From NCBI GenBank assembly GCA_045803545.1, contig JBJMOW010000006.1, positions 128,001 through 192,000 of the forward strand: a DNA stretch of 64,000 nucleotides, in the 5' to 3' direction. Each line of letters starts with the position of its first letter. Position 1 is the first letter of the stretch. This document shows positions 51,398 to 61,652 of the stretch, one piece after another. Source of the DNA: Gemmatimonadaceae bacterium. GTDB taxonomy: Bacteria; Gemmatimonadota; Gemmatimonadetes; Gemmatimonadales; Gemmatimonadaceae. The notes beneath the pieces are model-generated. The model did no database searches, had not been told where the DNA came from, and was given only the letters and a program-made list of their open reading frames with translations. The position numbers and the translations under genes were made by a program.

Positions 51398-51964
51398 ATG
51401 CAATTCGAACTGCAGCCAACTCTCAAAGGCGAGCTCGTCGAGCTCAGACCTTTGCGTGCCGACGATTGGCACGCTCTCTATGCAGTCGCGAGCGATCCTT
51501 TGATATGGGAAATCCATCCAGAGCGAGACCGCTATAAGGAAGAAGTTTTTCGCCGCTACTTTGACGGCGCCATGGAATCCGGCGGCGCCTTTCTCATCAT
51601 TGACCGCAAGTCCGGCGAGGTTATCGGCAGCTCCCGCTACGCTCACCTCGTCCCAGAGCGCAGCGAGATCGAGATCGGCTGGACGTTTCTCGCGCGCTCA
51701 TACTGGGGCGGCCGCTACAATTGGGACTTGAAGCGGCTGATGCTCGCACACGCGTTAAAGTTCGTCAATCGAGTGGTTCTTCTCGTCGGGCCGCAGAATT
51801 TTCGCTCGCGACGAGCAGTCGAGAAGATCGGCGGCGTCGAGCGCGGACGACGGATCGCGGATGGGCGCGAATCGATCGTCTACGAAATCACCGCCGAGGC
51901 TTTTAGCAACGGACCCCTGGCAACGCCCGCGGAGGCGAAACCTCAGCGCGCGACACGCGAGTAG
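51398..51964 (+). CDS. GNAT acetyltransferase, RimJ/RimL type
   Basis: LKGELVELRPL, EIGWTFL, NFRSRRAVEKIGG. Confidence 0.9.
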   Translation: MQFELQPTLKGELVELRPLRADDWHALYAVASDPLIWEIHPERDRYKEEVFRRYFDGAMESGGAFLIIDRKSGEVIGSSRYAHLVPERSEIEIGWTFLARSYWGGRYNWDLKRLMLAHALKFVNRVVLLVGPQNFRSRRAVEKIGGVERGRRIADGRESIVYEITAEAFSNGPLATPAEAKPQRATRE

Positions 51965-53928
51965 CGCCGCCCGAAGCCAAACGGATAAAGCGGGTGAGCG
52001 GTGTCGTGCGGCACATCCGACTTCTGCGCCTCGACGTCCGCCATCGATGACGGGAGCTCGAACGGCAGTCGACCCTGTGGTTGCGCCGCGCCGGTAACGA
52101 CATCGAGCAGCGCCACATCGCTCACTCCAAAGTTGGCCAGCAACGCCGTCGCCCGGTCCTTGACGCCCGTCAGAATCGCCGGACGGTCGAGTGAAACGGT
52201 CAGAACCGTCGGCACCGCGGCGCTGATGCGCTTGATCTCCTCGAATTCCTTATCACCATCGCGGAAGCCGAGGTCACCCTCGTGCATCATCGCGCCGAAC
52301 ACGTACTGCGGGTGGATAGTCTGGTATGGCGCACCGGTGCGAACGATCGCCAAATCCGCCTGCGACAGATCAGACACGACGGTGAAGCCGTAGCGCGTCG
52401 CCGTCGCCGAATCGATGCCGTGCAGGAAGACTCGTTTGCCACTCGCGGCAACCGGGAGGAAATCCTTTTTATTCTCGAGCAACACCAGTGACCGACGCTG
52501 GGCATCAGTTGCCTGACGTTGGAATTCGCTGTTTCCCACCACTTGCCCCGCCCGAGCCGGATCGACGTAGGGATTCTCGAACAATCCCTGCCTGAATTTC
52601 TGTACGGCGATGCGATATGCAGACTCATTCACCTTTCGCTCGTCGACTTTGCCCATGCGAACTGCTTCAACGACGTATTGAGACTCTTCCACACCGCCGA
52701 ATTGGTCGACGCCGGCATTGATCGCTTTGGCAAAACGATCGAGCTTCGACAGGTTCTCCACGCCCCATGGCATCCCAACGTCGGCAAAACTCGGACGCTC
52801 TCCGGCTGGCGCTCCATTCTGACACTTGTCGGCACAATCGTTGGTGATCGCCCAATCGGTGAGGATAATTCCGTCAAAACCATATCGCTTGCGCAGCATC
52901 TCGTTTAGCAGCTGCTCGTTGAATCCCGCTCCCACCGGCACGATCGGCCGGCCATTGACAGTTGCGCCCTGCAGGATCGAATAAGTCGGCATCACCCCGC
53001 TAACATGGGCGGCAAACGCGCCGAGGAACGGCTTGATATGGATCTCGAGATCACCGGGCGAAAAGCTCGCGAACTTGCCGTAACTGTTATGGCTGTCGAG
53101 TCCGTTTTTCTGGGCGCCGTAACCAACCCAGTGCTTGACCACGGCGAGCACACCCAACGAGTCGAGGCCGGACGTTCCGTGCTGGAATCCTTGCACGTAC
53201 GCTTTGACCAAATCACGCGCGACGTCCGGGTCCTCGCCAAAAGTCCCGCTGATACGACTCCACCTTGGCTCGGTCGCAATATCTGCCTGCGGCGACAACG
53301 TCTCTTCGATCCCAACCGCGCGGTACTCCTGCCGGGCGATGTCAGCGAAGCGTCTGACCAGGGCAGCGTCACGAAGGGCAGCGAAGCCTAGAGTTTCTGG
53401 CCACTGCGAGAATCCACTCGCCTGTACGCTGGCACCGAGCGTGTATTGGAAATGATTGCGCGGATCGGTACTGATGGTGAGCGGAATTCCGAGTCGGGTT
53501 CTCTCGGCGATCTCCTGCAGCGAGTTGTTCTGGGCGGCGAGTGTCGCCGGATCGCCGCGCAACCTGGTGATAAAGCTGTTGACGGCGGCGTCGCGAATCA
53601 GCCTGCCCATCGCCGCGGTGTCGTAGCCGGTGCCGGCACCTACCATTCCCAGGGGGCCGCTGCTGCGTGCGGTGCCGTGCATCATCATTCCCGCTTTTTC
53701 TTCGAGCGTCATCCGCTCGACCAGATCAAATGCCCGGCCGCGGGGCGTGCGCCGCCAGTCCTCGAACGGTTCCAACCGGCCATTTCGATTGAGGTCCTTG
53801 AACTTTTTGCCGCCGACCTGAATAATCGGGGTCGATCGCGCGCCGAGGGTGGGTTGAGGAAGAGTCGTGTCCTGGGCATGGACGACGATCGGGACGAGCG
53901 AGAGCAGGATGGCGCGCGACGATATCAT
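51943..53928 (-). CDS. GH3 beta-glucosidase/xylosidase, secreted
   Basis: FKDLNRNGRLEPFEDWR, EPRWSR, KHW, nucleophile ILTDW, YPFGFG. Confidence 0.9.
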   Translation of the reverse strand: MISSRAILLSLVPIVVHAQDTTLPQPTLGARSTPIIQVGGKKFKDLNRNGRLEPFEDWRRTPRGRAFDLVERMTLEEKAGMMMHGTARSSGPLGMVGAGTGYDTAAMGRLIRDAAVNSFITRLRGDPATLAAQNNSLQEIAERTRLGIPLTISTDPRNHFQYTLGASVQASGFSQWPETLGFAALRDAALVRRFADIARQEYRAVGIEETLSPQADIATEPRWSRISGTFGEDPDVARDLVKAYVQGFQHGTSGLDSLGVLAVVKHWVGYGAQKNGLDSHNSYGKFASFSPGDLEIHIKPFLGAFAAHVSGVMPTYSILQGATVNGRPIVPVGAGFNEQLLNEMLRKRYGFDGIILTDWAITNDCADKCQNGAPAGERPSFADVGMPWGVENLSKLDRFAKAINAGVDQFGGVEESQYVVEAVRMGKVDERKVNESAYRIAVQKFRQGLFENPYVDPARAGQVVGNSEFQRQATDAQRRSLVLLENKKDFLPVAASGKRVFLHGIDSATATRYGFTVVSDLSQADLAIVRTGAPYQTIHPQYVFGAMMHEGDLGFRDGDKEFEEIKRISAAVPTVLTVSLDRPAILTGVKDRATALLANFGVSDVALLDVVTGAAQPQGRLPFELPSSMADVEAQKSDVPHDTAHPLYPFGFGRRYSRVAR

Positions 53929-53986
53929 TTGGATACGGGTAGGCTGTATGGGCTATAATATTCTCTCCCATTTTCCGAGTTCGCCA

Positions 53987-54904
53987 ATGCTGAAGTCGCT
54001 CGTACTCTCAGCGGTTCCCCTGATTTTCTCCTCTGTGTTATCCGGGCAACAGCAGACGATCGCTGAGCGATTAGGGTATCCGCGAGACGCCAAGCTGCTG
54101 ATCATCCACGCAGATGATCTCGGCTTCGCACACTCGGCGGACGCCGCGAGCTTCGACGCGCTCAATGCGGGTGCGATAACCTCGGCAAGCATCATGATGC
54201 CGACTCCGTGGGTGACCGAAGTCGCCGCTTACGCGAAGGCTCACCCGGAGGCTGATCTCGGGCTGCATCTCACGCTGACCAGTGAATGGGCGACTTACCG
54301 TTGGGATGGATTGGCGCCGACCGACAAAGTTCCAAGCTTGTATGATCCGGACGGTACGCTACCAAACGACGAATCCATCGTCGCGAAGCGCGCGAAGCCG
54401 GAAGAAGTCGAGCGAGAGCTACGAGCACAGGTCGAACGAGCGCTGGCGCTTGGAATCAAGCCGACACATCTCGACAGTCACATGGGTTCCCTGTTCGCGA
54501 CACCTGCGCTGTTCAATGTCTACACGAAAGTGGCGCACGATTATCACCTGCCGTTCCTCGCAGTGCGACAGGGGCCGCTTGGCGCTGGGGATTTCGTGCT
54601 GGCACCGAAAGATGTGCCGCTCGATGCCGTTGTCATCGCCGGCGACAACGTGCCGCGCGACAAGTGGAAGGAGTTTTACCTCGACGCCATCAAGAATCTG
54701 AAGCCCGGCGTTACCGAGCTAATTATCCATCTCGGTCACGACGACGCCGAGCTGCAAGCGGTGACCGTGAATCATGAGCCCTACGGCTCCGCCTGGCGTC
54801 AACGTGATTACGATGTCGTGAACAGCGCCGAGTTCAAGCAGGCGCTGAAGGACAACCACATCGTTTTGATCAGGTGGCGGGACCTTGGGAAGCTCGTTCA
54901 ATAG
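53987..54904 (+). CDS. ChbG/YdjC family carbohydrate deacetylase, secreted
   Basis: HADDLG, GLHLTL, THLDSHM, ELIIHLG; signal peptide. Confidence 0.88.
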   Translation: MLKSLVLSAVPLIFSSVLSGQQQTIAERLGYPRDAKLLIIHADDLGFAHSADAASFDALNAGAITSASIMMPTPWVTEVAAYAKAHPEADLGLHLTLTSEWATYRWDGLAPTDKVPSLYDPDGTLPNDESIVAKRAKPEEVERELRAQVERALALGIKPTHLDSHMGSLFATPALFNVYTKVAHDYHLPFLAVRQGPLGAGDFVLAPKDVPLDAVVIAGDNVPRDKWKEFYLDAIKNLKPGVTELIIHLGHDDAELQAVTVNHEPYGSAWRQRDYDVVNSAEFKQALKDNHIVLIRWRDLGKLVQ

Positions 54905-54946
54905 GCGCGTGACGGGAGATGCGGGTCCGCCAGCGGGAGGTCGTTG

Positions 54947-56794
54947 CTAGAGCACCAGGCGTTGCCGGGATTTGAAGTAATCTCGCCATGGGTCTACCTT
55001 TGCCCGCCGCAGGCGATCCCGGATGTTCTGCACGGTCCATACGTCGCTTGCTTTGAGGCGCGTCAGTTCGTCCCATGCCAGGGGCACCGACATCGCTCCA
55101 TCAGGCGCTGCACGGGTCGAGAACGCAGCGACAGCAATCGACGTGCGGTAGTTCCGTTTGTAGTCAATAAGAATCTTGCCTCGGCGCGCTGATTTCTCGA
55201 ACGACAGCGTATAACGCGCAGATTCTTCCGTTAGCTCATTTGCGACCTGCCGGCTGAATTCAAATACGGCGTCCCAGTCGTGTTCGGGGCGAAACGGTAC
55301 GACGACGTGCAAGCCCTTGCCTCCCGTCGTCTTGACCCAGCTTTCGAGGTCACTCGCGTGCAGCAGCTTGCGTAGTCTTCGCGCTGCTCCAGAGACGTCA
55401 CGCCACGGAACGTTGTCGCCCGGGTCGATGTCGAACACCACGCGATCCGGCCGCTCGACATTGTCGGTGCGCGCATTCCATGTGTGCAGCTCGACGACGC
55501 CTGACTCGATGAGCGCAATAAGCGCGTCACGTGAATCGACGTAACAGTACTCACCGATTTTTTTCTTTTCCGATATGTGGACGCGTGGGACAGTGTCTGG
55601 AACGAATCGCTGGTCTCGCGCTGTGTGGTGCACGAATTTGGCTTGCGATCTCAGCGCATCGGCGCGGGTTATCGGCGCCGTCGCTCGGACGAGGGTGAGT
55701 GGGCGGCGCTCGACATGCGGTAGCGCCCAGTCGGCGATCTCCGAGTAGAGCTGCGCCAGATCGGACCGCGTAAACCGAATCCGGGGATACACGAGCGGTG
55801 AGTCCGGTTTCGCCTTTGATTGAATCGCGTTCGCCGCTCTCGAGGCCTGTTTACCACCGACGTGGGCTTCCTTTTCGCGATGTACATCCCGAGGATCCTT
55901 GTCGTTACGAAACCCCTGCAGTGATGGGTGGCGAATGTGGCCATCGGCGGTCCACTCTGTGAATTCGATTTCGGCGACCTTCACCGGCTTCACGTAATGC
56001 GCATTCCTGCCGAGCCAGCCTGGTGGTTGCGGGTCGAACGGCGTGCGATCGATTTCGATTTTCTCTAGATCACGACGTAGCTGCCGACTAAAAGCGTTGC
56101 TCCAACCGGCGCCTGTACCGACTTTCCCGGCGAAGCGCAGGTGGCTGCGCTCGTAATAGCCGACGAGAATCGAGCCGACTCCGACGCGCGCGCCCGATGG
56201 ATCGGTGAACCCTCCGACGACAAATTCCTGGCGTTTGACGCATTTGATTTTCTGCCAGTCGGAGCTGCGCGCGTCCAGGCGATATGGCGCATGACGGAGC
56301 TTGCTGATGATTCCTTCGGCACCGAGTGCACACGCCTGCTGAAAGACGTTCATGCCGTCGCGATCGAAGTGGTGGTTGTAACGAATGACCCTGGCGCCGC
56401 TGCCGACGAGTTTTTCAAGGATTGCTTTTCTCTCGAGCAGCGGCCGCTTGGTAAGATTCTCGCCGTCGAGCGAAAGCAGATCAAACGCGAAGTAGGTCAG
56501 CCCTCGCCTGCTGTTCCCCAGCTGCTGCAGTAGCTGAAAGCGCGACACACCATTGGCATCGAGCACGACGATCTCGCCGTCGATGAGCGCGTTCTTGGCC
56601 TTTAGCTTGCGCGCCGCAGCCACGATCTCCGGGAATTCGCCCGTATAATCGGTTCCGCGACGCGAGATGATGTGCACTCCCCTTCCCTCGATGAACACGC
56701 CCATGCGGAACCCATCGAGCTTGAGCTCATGAATCCATCTGTCACCCGCCGGTGGTCGATCGACGAGGAGGGCTTTTTGAGGGCGGTACTCCAT
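54947..56794 (-). CDS. ligD: DNA ligase D (ATP-dependent ligase + primase-polymerase domains)
   Basis: ELKLDG, DGEIV, AFDLL, EGIISK, WQKIK; C-terminal FDIDP, KTTGGKGLH. Confidence 0.93.
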   Translation of the reverse strand: MEYRPQKALLVDRPPAGDRWIHELKLDGFRMGVFIEGRGVHIISRRGTDYTGEFPEIVAAARKLKAKNALIDGEIVVLDANGVSRFQLLQQLGNSRRGLTYFAFDLLSLDGENLTKRPLLERKAILEKLVGSGARVIRYNHHFDRDGMNVFQQACALGAEGIISKLRHAPYRLDARSSDWQKIKCVKRQEFVVGGFTDPSGARVGVGSILVGYYERSHLRFAGKVGTGAGWSNAFSRQLRRDLEKIEIDRTPFDPQPPGWLGRNAHYVKPVKVAEIEFTEWTADGHIRHPSLQGFRNDKDPRDVHREKEAHVGGKQASRAANAIQSKAKPDSPLVYPRIRFTRSDLAQLYSEIADWALPHVERRPLTLVRATAPITRADALRSQAKFVHHTARDQRFVPDTVPRVHISEKKKIGEYCYVDSRDALIALIESGVVELHTWNARTDNVERPDRVVFDIDPGDNVPWRDVSGAARRLRKLLHASDLESWVKTTGGKGLHVVVPFRPEHDWDAVFEFSRQVANELTEESARYTLSFEKSARRGKILIDYKRNYRTSIAVAAFSTRAAPDGAMSVPLAWDELTRLKASDVWTVQNIRDRLRRAKVDPWRDYFKSRQRLVL

Positions 56795-57026
56795 CGGCCA
56801 GGTCTATTTCAAGACGTATTCCGGGACGTCCGTCTAGAGCGACCACGCGGGGTTCAAGAACTCGCCACGCGTCAGTCGGCGTAAACCCGTTCCGTCGGCG
56901 TTTGCGACATAAAGGGTGTTCGGGGGTGTCAACTGTGGTCCAGGATTCCGATGCCGTCAGAAACGACACTGCGGGCGACCCCAGAAGGAATCAACCCGCA
57001 GTTCGTTATGTCCGTAACACCTGACT

Positions 57027-57809
57027 TTAGAGAATTCCGCCGCTTCTCACTCTGAAGTCGACGTTGTCGTTGATCCACTTCCAGAGCTCCGCCTGCTGCT
57101 CGGGAGCCGCGCCGTCCTTGTAGTGCTGGCGCCAGGTGGCCATGACTTCGTCATCGACTGTCCAGATTCTTACGCGACGGCGCGGGACGCTTTTCTCCCA
57201 GTGCACTGCGACCGTCGGACGCGGATAAAGCAGACGCAGCGTGGTGTTCTTCGAGAGGTACTCGAGCCCGTTGACGCTGATCTTTCTGTATTTGCTCAGG
57301 CTGTCGTTCTTCGAGGTCGGCGTGTCCGGGATACCGTCGGTCAACATCACCACGTTGATCGGCGACAGTACCAGGTTCTGACGCTTCACCAGCGTCGCGA
57401 CGCGCTCGAAGAATGGATTGAAATCGGTGAGTCCGTCGTGCGGCGGATATTCCTTACGCAGATATGCGGCAATCTGCGGTACCGTCATCTTCTCGAAGGT
57501 CATGATCGGCTGGAACGACTTCGTCTCGCCGGGTTTTTCGCCGCCGAACGAGCCGACGAACACAGCTGTCGGCTCTTTGAGGCCGCCCAAACCGTGCAGG
57601 TGTGCGTACAGATAGTTTGCCGCGAAATCCACTGCGCTTTCGTAGCCGCGCTTGCCGCTGAATGAGCCGCTGACATCTATTGCCAGCACCAGCGTGGAGC
57701 GCGCAACCCGCGGGCTGCTCTCGGCCGTCGAGCAGCCAAAGAGAGCGAGGGTCACCATGCCGACGAACGCCGCGCCGGTGACGACTTTCACAATGCGTAG
57801 TTTGCTCAT
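57027..57809 (-). CDS. VWA-domain lipoprotein
   Basis: Lipobox LFGC; MIDAS DVSGS, T (GLTDF), D (MLTDG). Confidence 0.8.
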   Translation of the reverse strand: MSKLRIVKVVTGAAFVGMVTLALFGCSTAESSPRVARSTLVLAIDVSGSFSGKRGYESAVDFAANYLYAHLHGLGGLKEPTAVFVGSFGGEKPGETKSFQPIMTFEKMTVPQIAAYLRKEYPPHDGLTDFNPFFERVATLVKRQNLVLSPINVVMLTDGIPDTPTSKNDSLSKYRKISVNGLEYLSKNTTLRLLYPRPTVAVHWEKSVPRRRVRIWTVDDEVMATWRQHYKDGAAPEQQAELWKWINDNVDFRVRSGGIL

Positions 57810-59074
57810 GATGCGATCCTCGGCATTGGGTCCATCGGCGTGCGGTGTCTGCCCTTGTCACCCGACGAGCGAGAATTGAACGGTACCGGCGTCGCCGCCA
57901 GGATGTCCTCGAGGGAAGTGAACGGCAGCACGAAGTGAGGCCGTGACTGCACGATCACAACCGCGAAGTTGATCGCGGCAGCGAACAGCTGCAGCACCGG
58001 AAGCGACAGCAGCTCGAACATGCGCTTCGCTTCCTCGTGGAACCAAGCCGTCTCCGCCTTGAGAGCGTTGACCGGCTCCCGCCAGAGGCCAGGCTGTGGA
58101 GCCGCGGTCGGTATTTTGGTTACGCCTTCATGGTTTACAGCCTGGCGCGACAGGATCGCTAATAGAGCCGGCGTTCCAAATCGACCAAACAGGAACCACG
58201 ACATGCCGCGTACGCCCAGCCAGCCGAAAGAGGCAAGGCCAATCGTGGCGCCGATGCCGAGGTGAACTGAATCACCCGACTGCTGCGCAATCCACGGCGT
58301 GATCGCGTCGATGAGTTCGCGATAAAGGAAGATGACTTCGAAGAACATCACCGCCGCTTCAACGACGAGCATCTGTGCAATTGTGCCTGGCTTCTTAGCC
58401 TTGACGGCTTCCGTTACGACCTGGACGCAGGCAAAGCTTCCCGCCACCAGCAGGAAGAGGAACATCCACAGCAGCGGCGCCATGACCGCCGGATTGGGAT
58501 CGAAGCCCGTCAGACTGCCGAATACTTCAACGAGTGTCGGCTGTAAGGTGAACGTGAAGATCGTCGCTTCAATCGCGCACCATATGGTAAGGACCATGAA
58601 GGCGACCCACGGCACACCCGGCTGGAAGTAGCTGCGTGACGCACCGTCGAGGAGCGTCAGCGGCGAGCGCACGATGCCAAGCAGAATGTTCTTGATCATC
58701 AACAGCCCGAAACGAATCGAGCCGATCACCCAACCAACCAGGGCAACGCCAACGCGAAGCATGCCGGTCCAGAACAGCCAGATGCAGCGAGCGGCATCCC
58801 ACCACGTCATAAGCAGCGCGGTCATGAAATGGCCGCGACCAGAGCGGAACGGCAGCGTATACAGAGAGGCCGCAGTGCACCACGCGCCGGCCATTAACAC
58901 GAGCACCGGTACGAGTAGCACGACCCAGGTAAATACGCGCGCCGCCGGATGTCCATTGATCAGCGAGGACAGCATCGCCGGCTGCCACTGGCCGAGCCAG
59001 CGCAGAGGCGCAGTTAAAAGCATCACCGCGGGCTGCCACTGCGCGGGGAATAGTTGCGCGAACGAATCAAACAT
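57806..59074 (-). CDS. Uncharacterised multi-pass membrane protein
   Basis: GAGGT SD, about 8 hydrophobic helices, ATGA coupling to the VWA gene. Confidence 0.8.
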   Translation of the reverse strand: MFDSFAQLFPAQWQPAVMLLTAPLRWLGQWQPAMLSSLINGHPAARVFTWVVLLVPVLVLMAGAWCTAASLYTLPFRSGRGHFMTALLMTWWDAARCIWLFWTGMLRVGVALVGWVIGSIRFGLLMIKNILLGIVRSPLTLLDGASRSYFQPGVPWVAFMVLTIWCAIEATIFTFTLQPTLVEVFGSLTGFDPNPAVMAPLLWMFLFLLVAGSFACVQVVTEAVKAKKPGTIAQMLVVEAAVMFFEVIFLYRELIDAITPWIAQQSGDSVHLGIGATIGLASFGWLGVRGMSWFLFGRFGTPALLAILSRQAVNHEGVTKIPTAAPQPGLWREPVNALKAETAWFHEEAKRMFELLSLPVLQLFAAAINFAVVIVQSRPHFVLPFTSLEDILAATPVPFNSRSSGDKGRHRTPMDPMPRIAS

Positions 59075-59238
59075 TTTTAGACCTCGCAGTGAGGTTTGCA
59101 TCGAGCCCGAAGACACACGGGCGGAGGCACCGCGAATCGTGACTGGCGGTGCCAGTTCTGCGAGTTTGACGCGTAACGGCTGAGCTTGGATACAGCGAAG
59201 CCGTTATCCGCACGAGCAGGCGGTTTACTGCCGGTTAC

Positions 59239-59276
59239 CAAAAGCAAAAGCCCCCGGCGATTGCCGGGGGCTTTGC
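59239..59276 (-). terminator. Rho-independent terminator of the SusC/SusD operon
   Basis: Minus strand AAAGCCCCCGGC-AATC-GCCGGGGGCTTT-TGCTTTT. Confidence 0.88.
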
Positions 59277-59288
59277 CATCTGTTCGGC

Positions 59289-60086
59289 CTACCTGTTGGT
59301 CGTGTTATCGAGGCACGTCTTGTTCGACGCCGCGCAACCCGTGGTTGTCGGCGCGACGGTGATGTCCCCGCGCGCGGTGATCGTGTAAACTCTGCCGCCG
59401 CTGAAAGAAACACCGGTTCTCGACAGCGCATTGGTCGTCGCTCCGTTGTAGCGCGTACTGATGTCGTACGCGCCCGCGGGGATGTTGACGAATGCACCAG
59501 CCTGTTTATACCCGACTTCGGCACCGATTGGAAGTTCGGCGCCGGTGGTAGTGGGCTTTGCGTACAGCGTCATCGGATTCGCATTGGAGATTGCATTCAC
59601 GAATCTGACCGTCGCCGTATTGAGATCAGGCGGCGGAGTGAACGGATCCTCGACAATGAAGTTGTCGACAGTCTTGGCCGTACTGTTGTAGATCCCGCTC
59701 ATGTAGAACGAGTAGTACTTGCCGTCCTCGATGTTTGCGGTGAGAGTCGAGATCGCGAGATCCTTATCAGTAGCGGCCGCGATCTTCCCCGCCAACGCGT
59801 GCGAGCCCGGAGCAATGGCCGAGTAATCCCCACCACCCGACACGCCGCCGTAGGCGATGCCGCTCGTCGACTCAGTTCCCGTCGTTGACAAGACCGCGGA
59901 CATCTTCGTCTCGTCGGCGTAGAAGTTCACACTCGGCGCGTTGACACCGAAGTTGAAGAACCGGACTCGCGAATTCGCCAGCGGCGCCTCAGTGAGGTTC
60001 TGCACCGTTTTGTCGCCACACGCTGAAAGGAGGCCGGCCGCGACCAGCACTGCCAGCGAAGCATATCTATTCATTAGCCTGGTCAT
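59289..60086 (-). CDS. DUF4397-like lipoprotein
   Basis: Lipobox LSAC; two VRF.N..AP beta-sandwich repeats; typical third gene of SusCD loci. Confidence 0.82.
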   Translation of the reverse strand: MTRLMNRYASLAVLVAAGLLSACGDKTVQNLTEAPLANSRVRFFNFGVNAPSVNFYADETKMSAVLSTTGTESTSGIAYGGVSGGGDYSAIAPGSHALAGKIAAATDKDLAISTLTANIEDGKYYSFYMSGIYNSTAKTVDNFIVEDPFTPPPDLNTATVRFVNAISNANPMTLYAKPTTTGAELPIGAEVGYKQAGAFVNIPAGAYDISTRYNGATTNALSRTGVSFSGGRVYTITARGDITVAPTTTGCAASNKTCLDNTTNR

Positions 60087-61651
60087 GGGAGGATGATCCA
60101 CAACGGTTTGGTGTGATAGTCGGTATCGAGCCCGCCGATGACATCGAGGCTCGCTCTGTTCCAGACGTACTCGGAGTTGAACCTCGGCCGAATGCGCTGC
60201 ACAACCTTACCCGCGTTGTCTGGATAAAGGCTCGTCGGGGGCGCAAAGCCGCGGAAGATCTCCACTCCGCTGACCGGATCGTTATCGGTGTAATGGTACC
60301 GGCGCATGTCCATCCATAGCTCGTTGTGTCCCCACGCCCACTGCGCGATGACCTTCTGAGACATGATGTGGGACAAGTCCAGCACCGCCGGGAAAATAGT
60401 TGGCGATGCCATGAACGTGGCCTTCGCCGTGGCATCGATCTGGGTGACAGCCTGACCATCGTCGCTATTGTGCGCGTTGACGAAATCGATGTGCGAAGAG
60501 ATCGCGTTCCGATACGCTGTTTGCGCCGTACCCTGATCGCCCGACCGCAGCGCCGCTTCAGCCTTGATGAACTGAAGCTGCGAGTAAGTCATCAGGGGCA
60601 TCTTCGACTTGTCCGAGAACAGATACCGGCTCGGCGACTGACGTGTACTTCCGGGATAGCCGTAGAAGTTGTTGGGCTTCTGCGGGTCAGTGAGCGCGCC
60701 GTATCCCGCGACGTTCGGATCCAGTCCACGGAAATTTCCATCCGGCGACGGCGACAGCATCCGCGACATGCGTGGATCGACGGTGCCGCCGAATTGGGTG
60801 CCATCCATCAGGCCGACGATGAATCGGGTTTGACGGTAGTTCGTGATGTTGTCACGCGATGGTCCCCAGAAATTGCGGTCGGCGTTGTCGGTGCTCAGCG
60901 CCGGATACTGCAACTGCGCATCGTCGGCGTTGCTCGCGAAAGACCTGTCGACGTCTGCGATAACTGCCGCCGGATCATAATTCGCTTTGTTGCTGTAATG
61001 ATTGAGGCTCAGGGCGCGGAATCCGTACGCAAACTTCAGCCACTTCGTACGATCGCCATTGTAGATTTTGTCGCCTTTGGAGAGGTAGGTCGCGTCGACT
61101 GCACCATCCGTCCGCTGCAACAGCACGATTGCACTGTCGAGCAGCCGTTTGACTTCCTCGTACGCGTACTGCTGGCTGTCGTAATCAAACGCGGTGCGAG
61201 ACGGATCGATCGCTTCCTTGACGATGATCTCGCCGTGCAGATCAGTCAGCACCTGCCAGCCCCAGGCCTTCAAGATGAGACCGACACCAAGCAGATCCCA
61301 CCGCTGCTCGGCTTCGGCCTTGTTGTTCATGTCGATCAGATTCTGGCCCAGCGACCAGTAAACATCACGCCATTGCTCGGCGCCGTTGTCGCTGGATGGA
61401 TCGTAGCCCATTCGGTCCCACGTGCTGAGCACCGTCTGGCCGTTGGCTAGCATCCACTCCTGGGTGTAACGACCGACGAAACGGCCGTCGAACTGCGGCG
61501 CCGTCACCATCCAGTGAATCATGGGCGGCAGGTACAGATTCGCAGTGACCGTCTGTGGTCCGTTCGGGTTCGTGTTTACATCGAGGTAGTCGCTACAAGC
61601 CGCCGAAACGACGAGAGACCCCGCGAGTAGAGAGATAAGTGTCTTCTTCAT
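60083..61651 (-). CDS. SusD/RagB family outer-membrane lipoprotein
   Basis: SAAC-SDYLDVNTNPN, LTDLHGEI, FIKAEAA, WMDMRR. Confidence 0.92.
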   Translation of the reverse strand: MKKTLISLLAGSLVVSAACSDYLDVNTNPNGPQTVTANLYLPPMIHWMVTAPQFDGRFVGRYTQEWMLANGQTVLSTWDRMGYDPSSDNGAEQWRDVYWSLGQNLIDMNNKAEAEQRWDLLGVGLILKAWGWQVLTDLHGEIIVKEAIDPSRTAFDYDSQQYAYEEVKRLLDSAIVLLQRTDGAVDATYLSKGDKIYNGDRTKWLKFAYGFRALSLNHYSNKANYDPAAVIADVDRSFASNADDAQLQYPALSTDNADRNFWGPSRDNITNYRQTRFIVGLMDGTQFGGTVDPRMSRMLSPSPDGNFRGLDPNVAGYGALTDPQKPNNFYGYPGSTRQSPSRYLFSDKSKMPLMTYSQLQFIKAEAALRSGDQGTAQTAYRNAISSHIDFVNAHNSDDGQAVTQIDATAKATFMASPTIFPAVLDLSHIMSQKVIAQWAWGHNELWMDMRRYHYTDNDPVSGVEIFRGFAPPTSLYPDNAGKVVQRIRPRFNSEYVWNRASLDVIGGLDTDYHTKPLWIILP

Positions 61652-61652
61652 T

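Noticed and set aside
56795..57026. Small gene or ncRNA between ligD and the VWA gene
   Set aside because: The candidate ORFs lack an SD or motifs and overlap ligD; no convincing structure.
59126..59153. Hairpin GGCACCGC..GCGGTGCC upstream of the membrane/VWA genes as a riboswitch
   Set aside because: Only a single 8-bp stem with no recognisable aptamer consensus; an Rfam scan would be needed.
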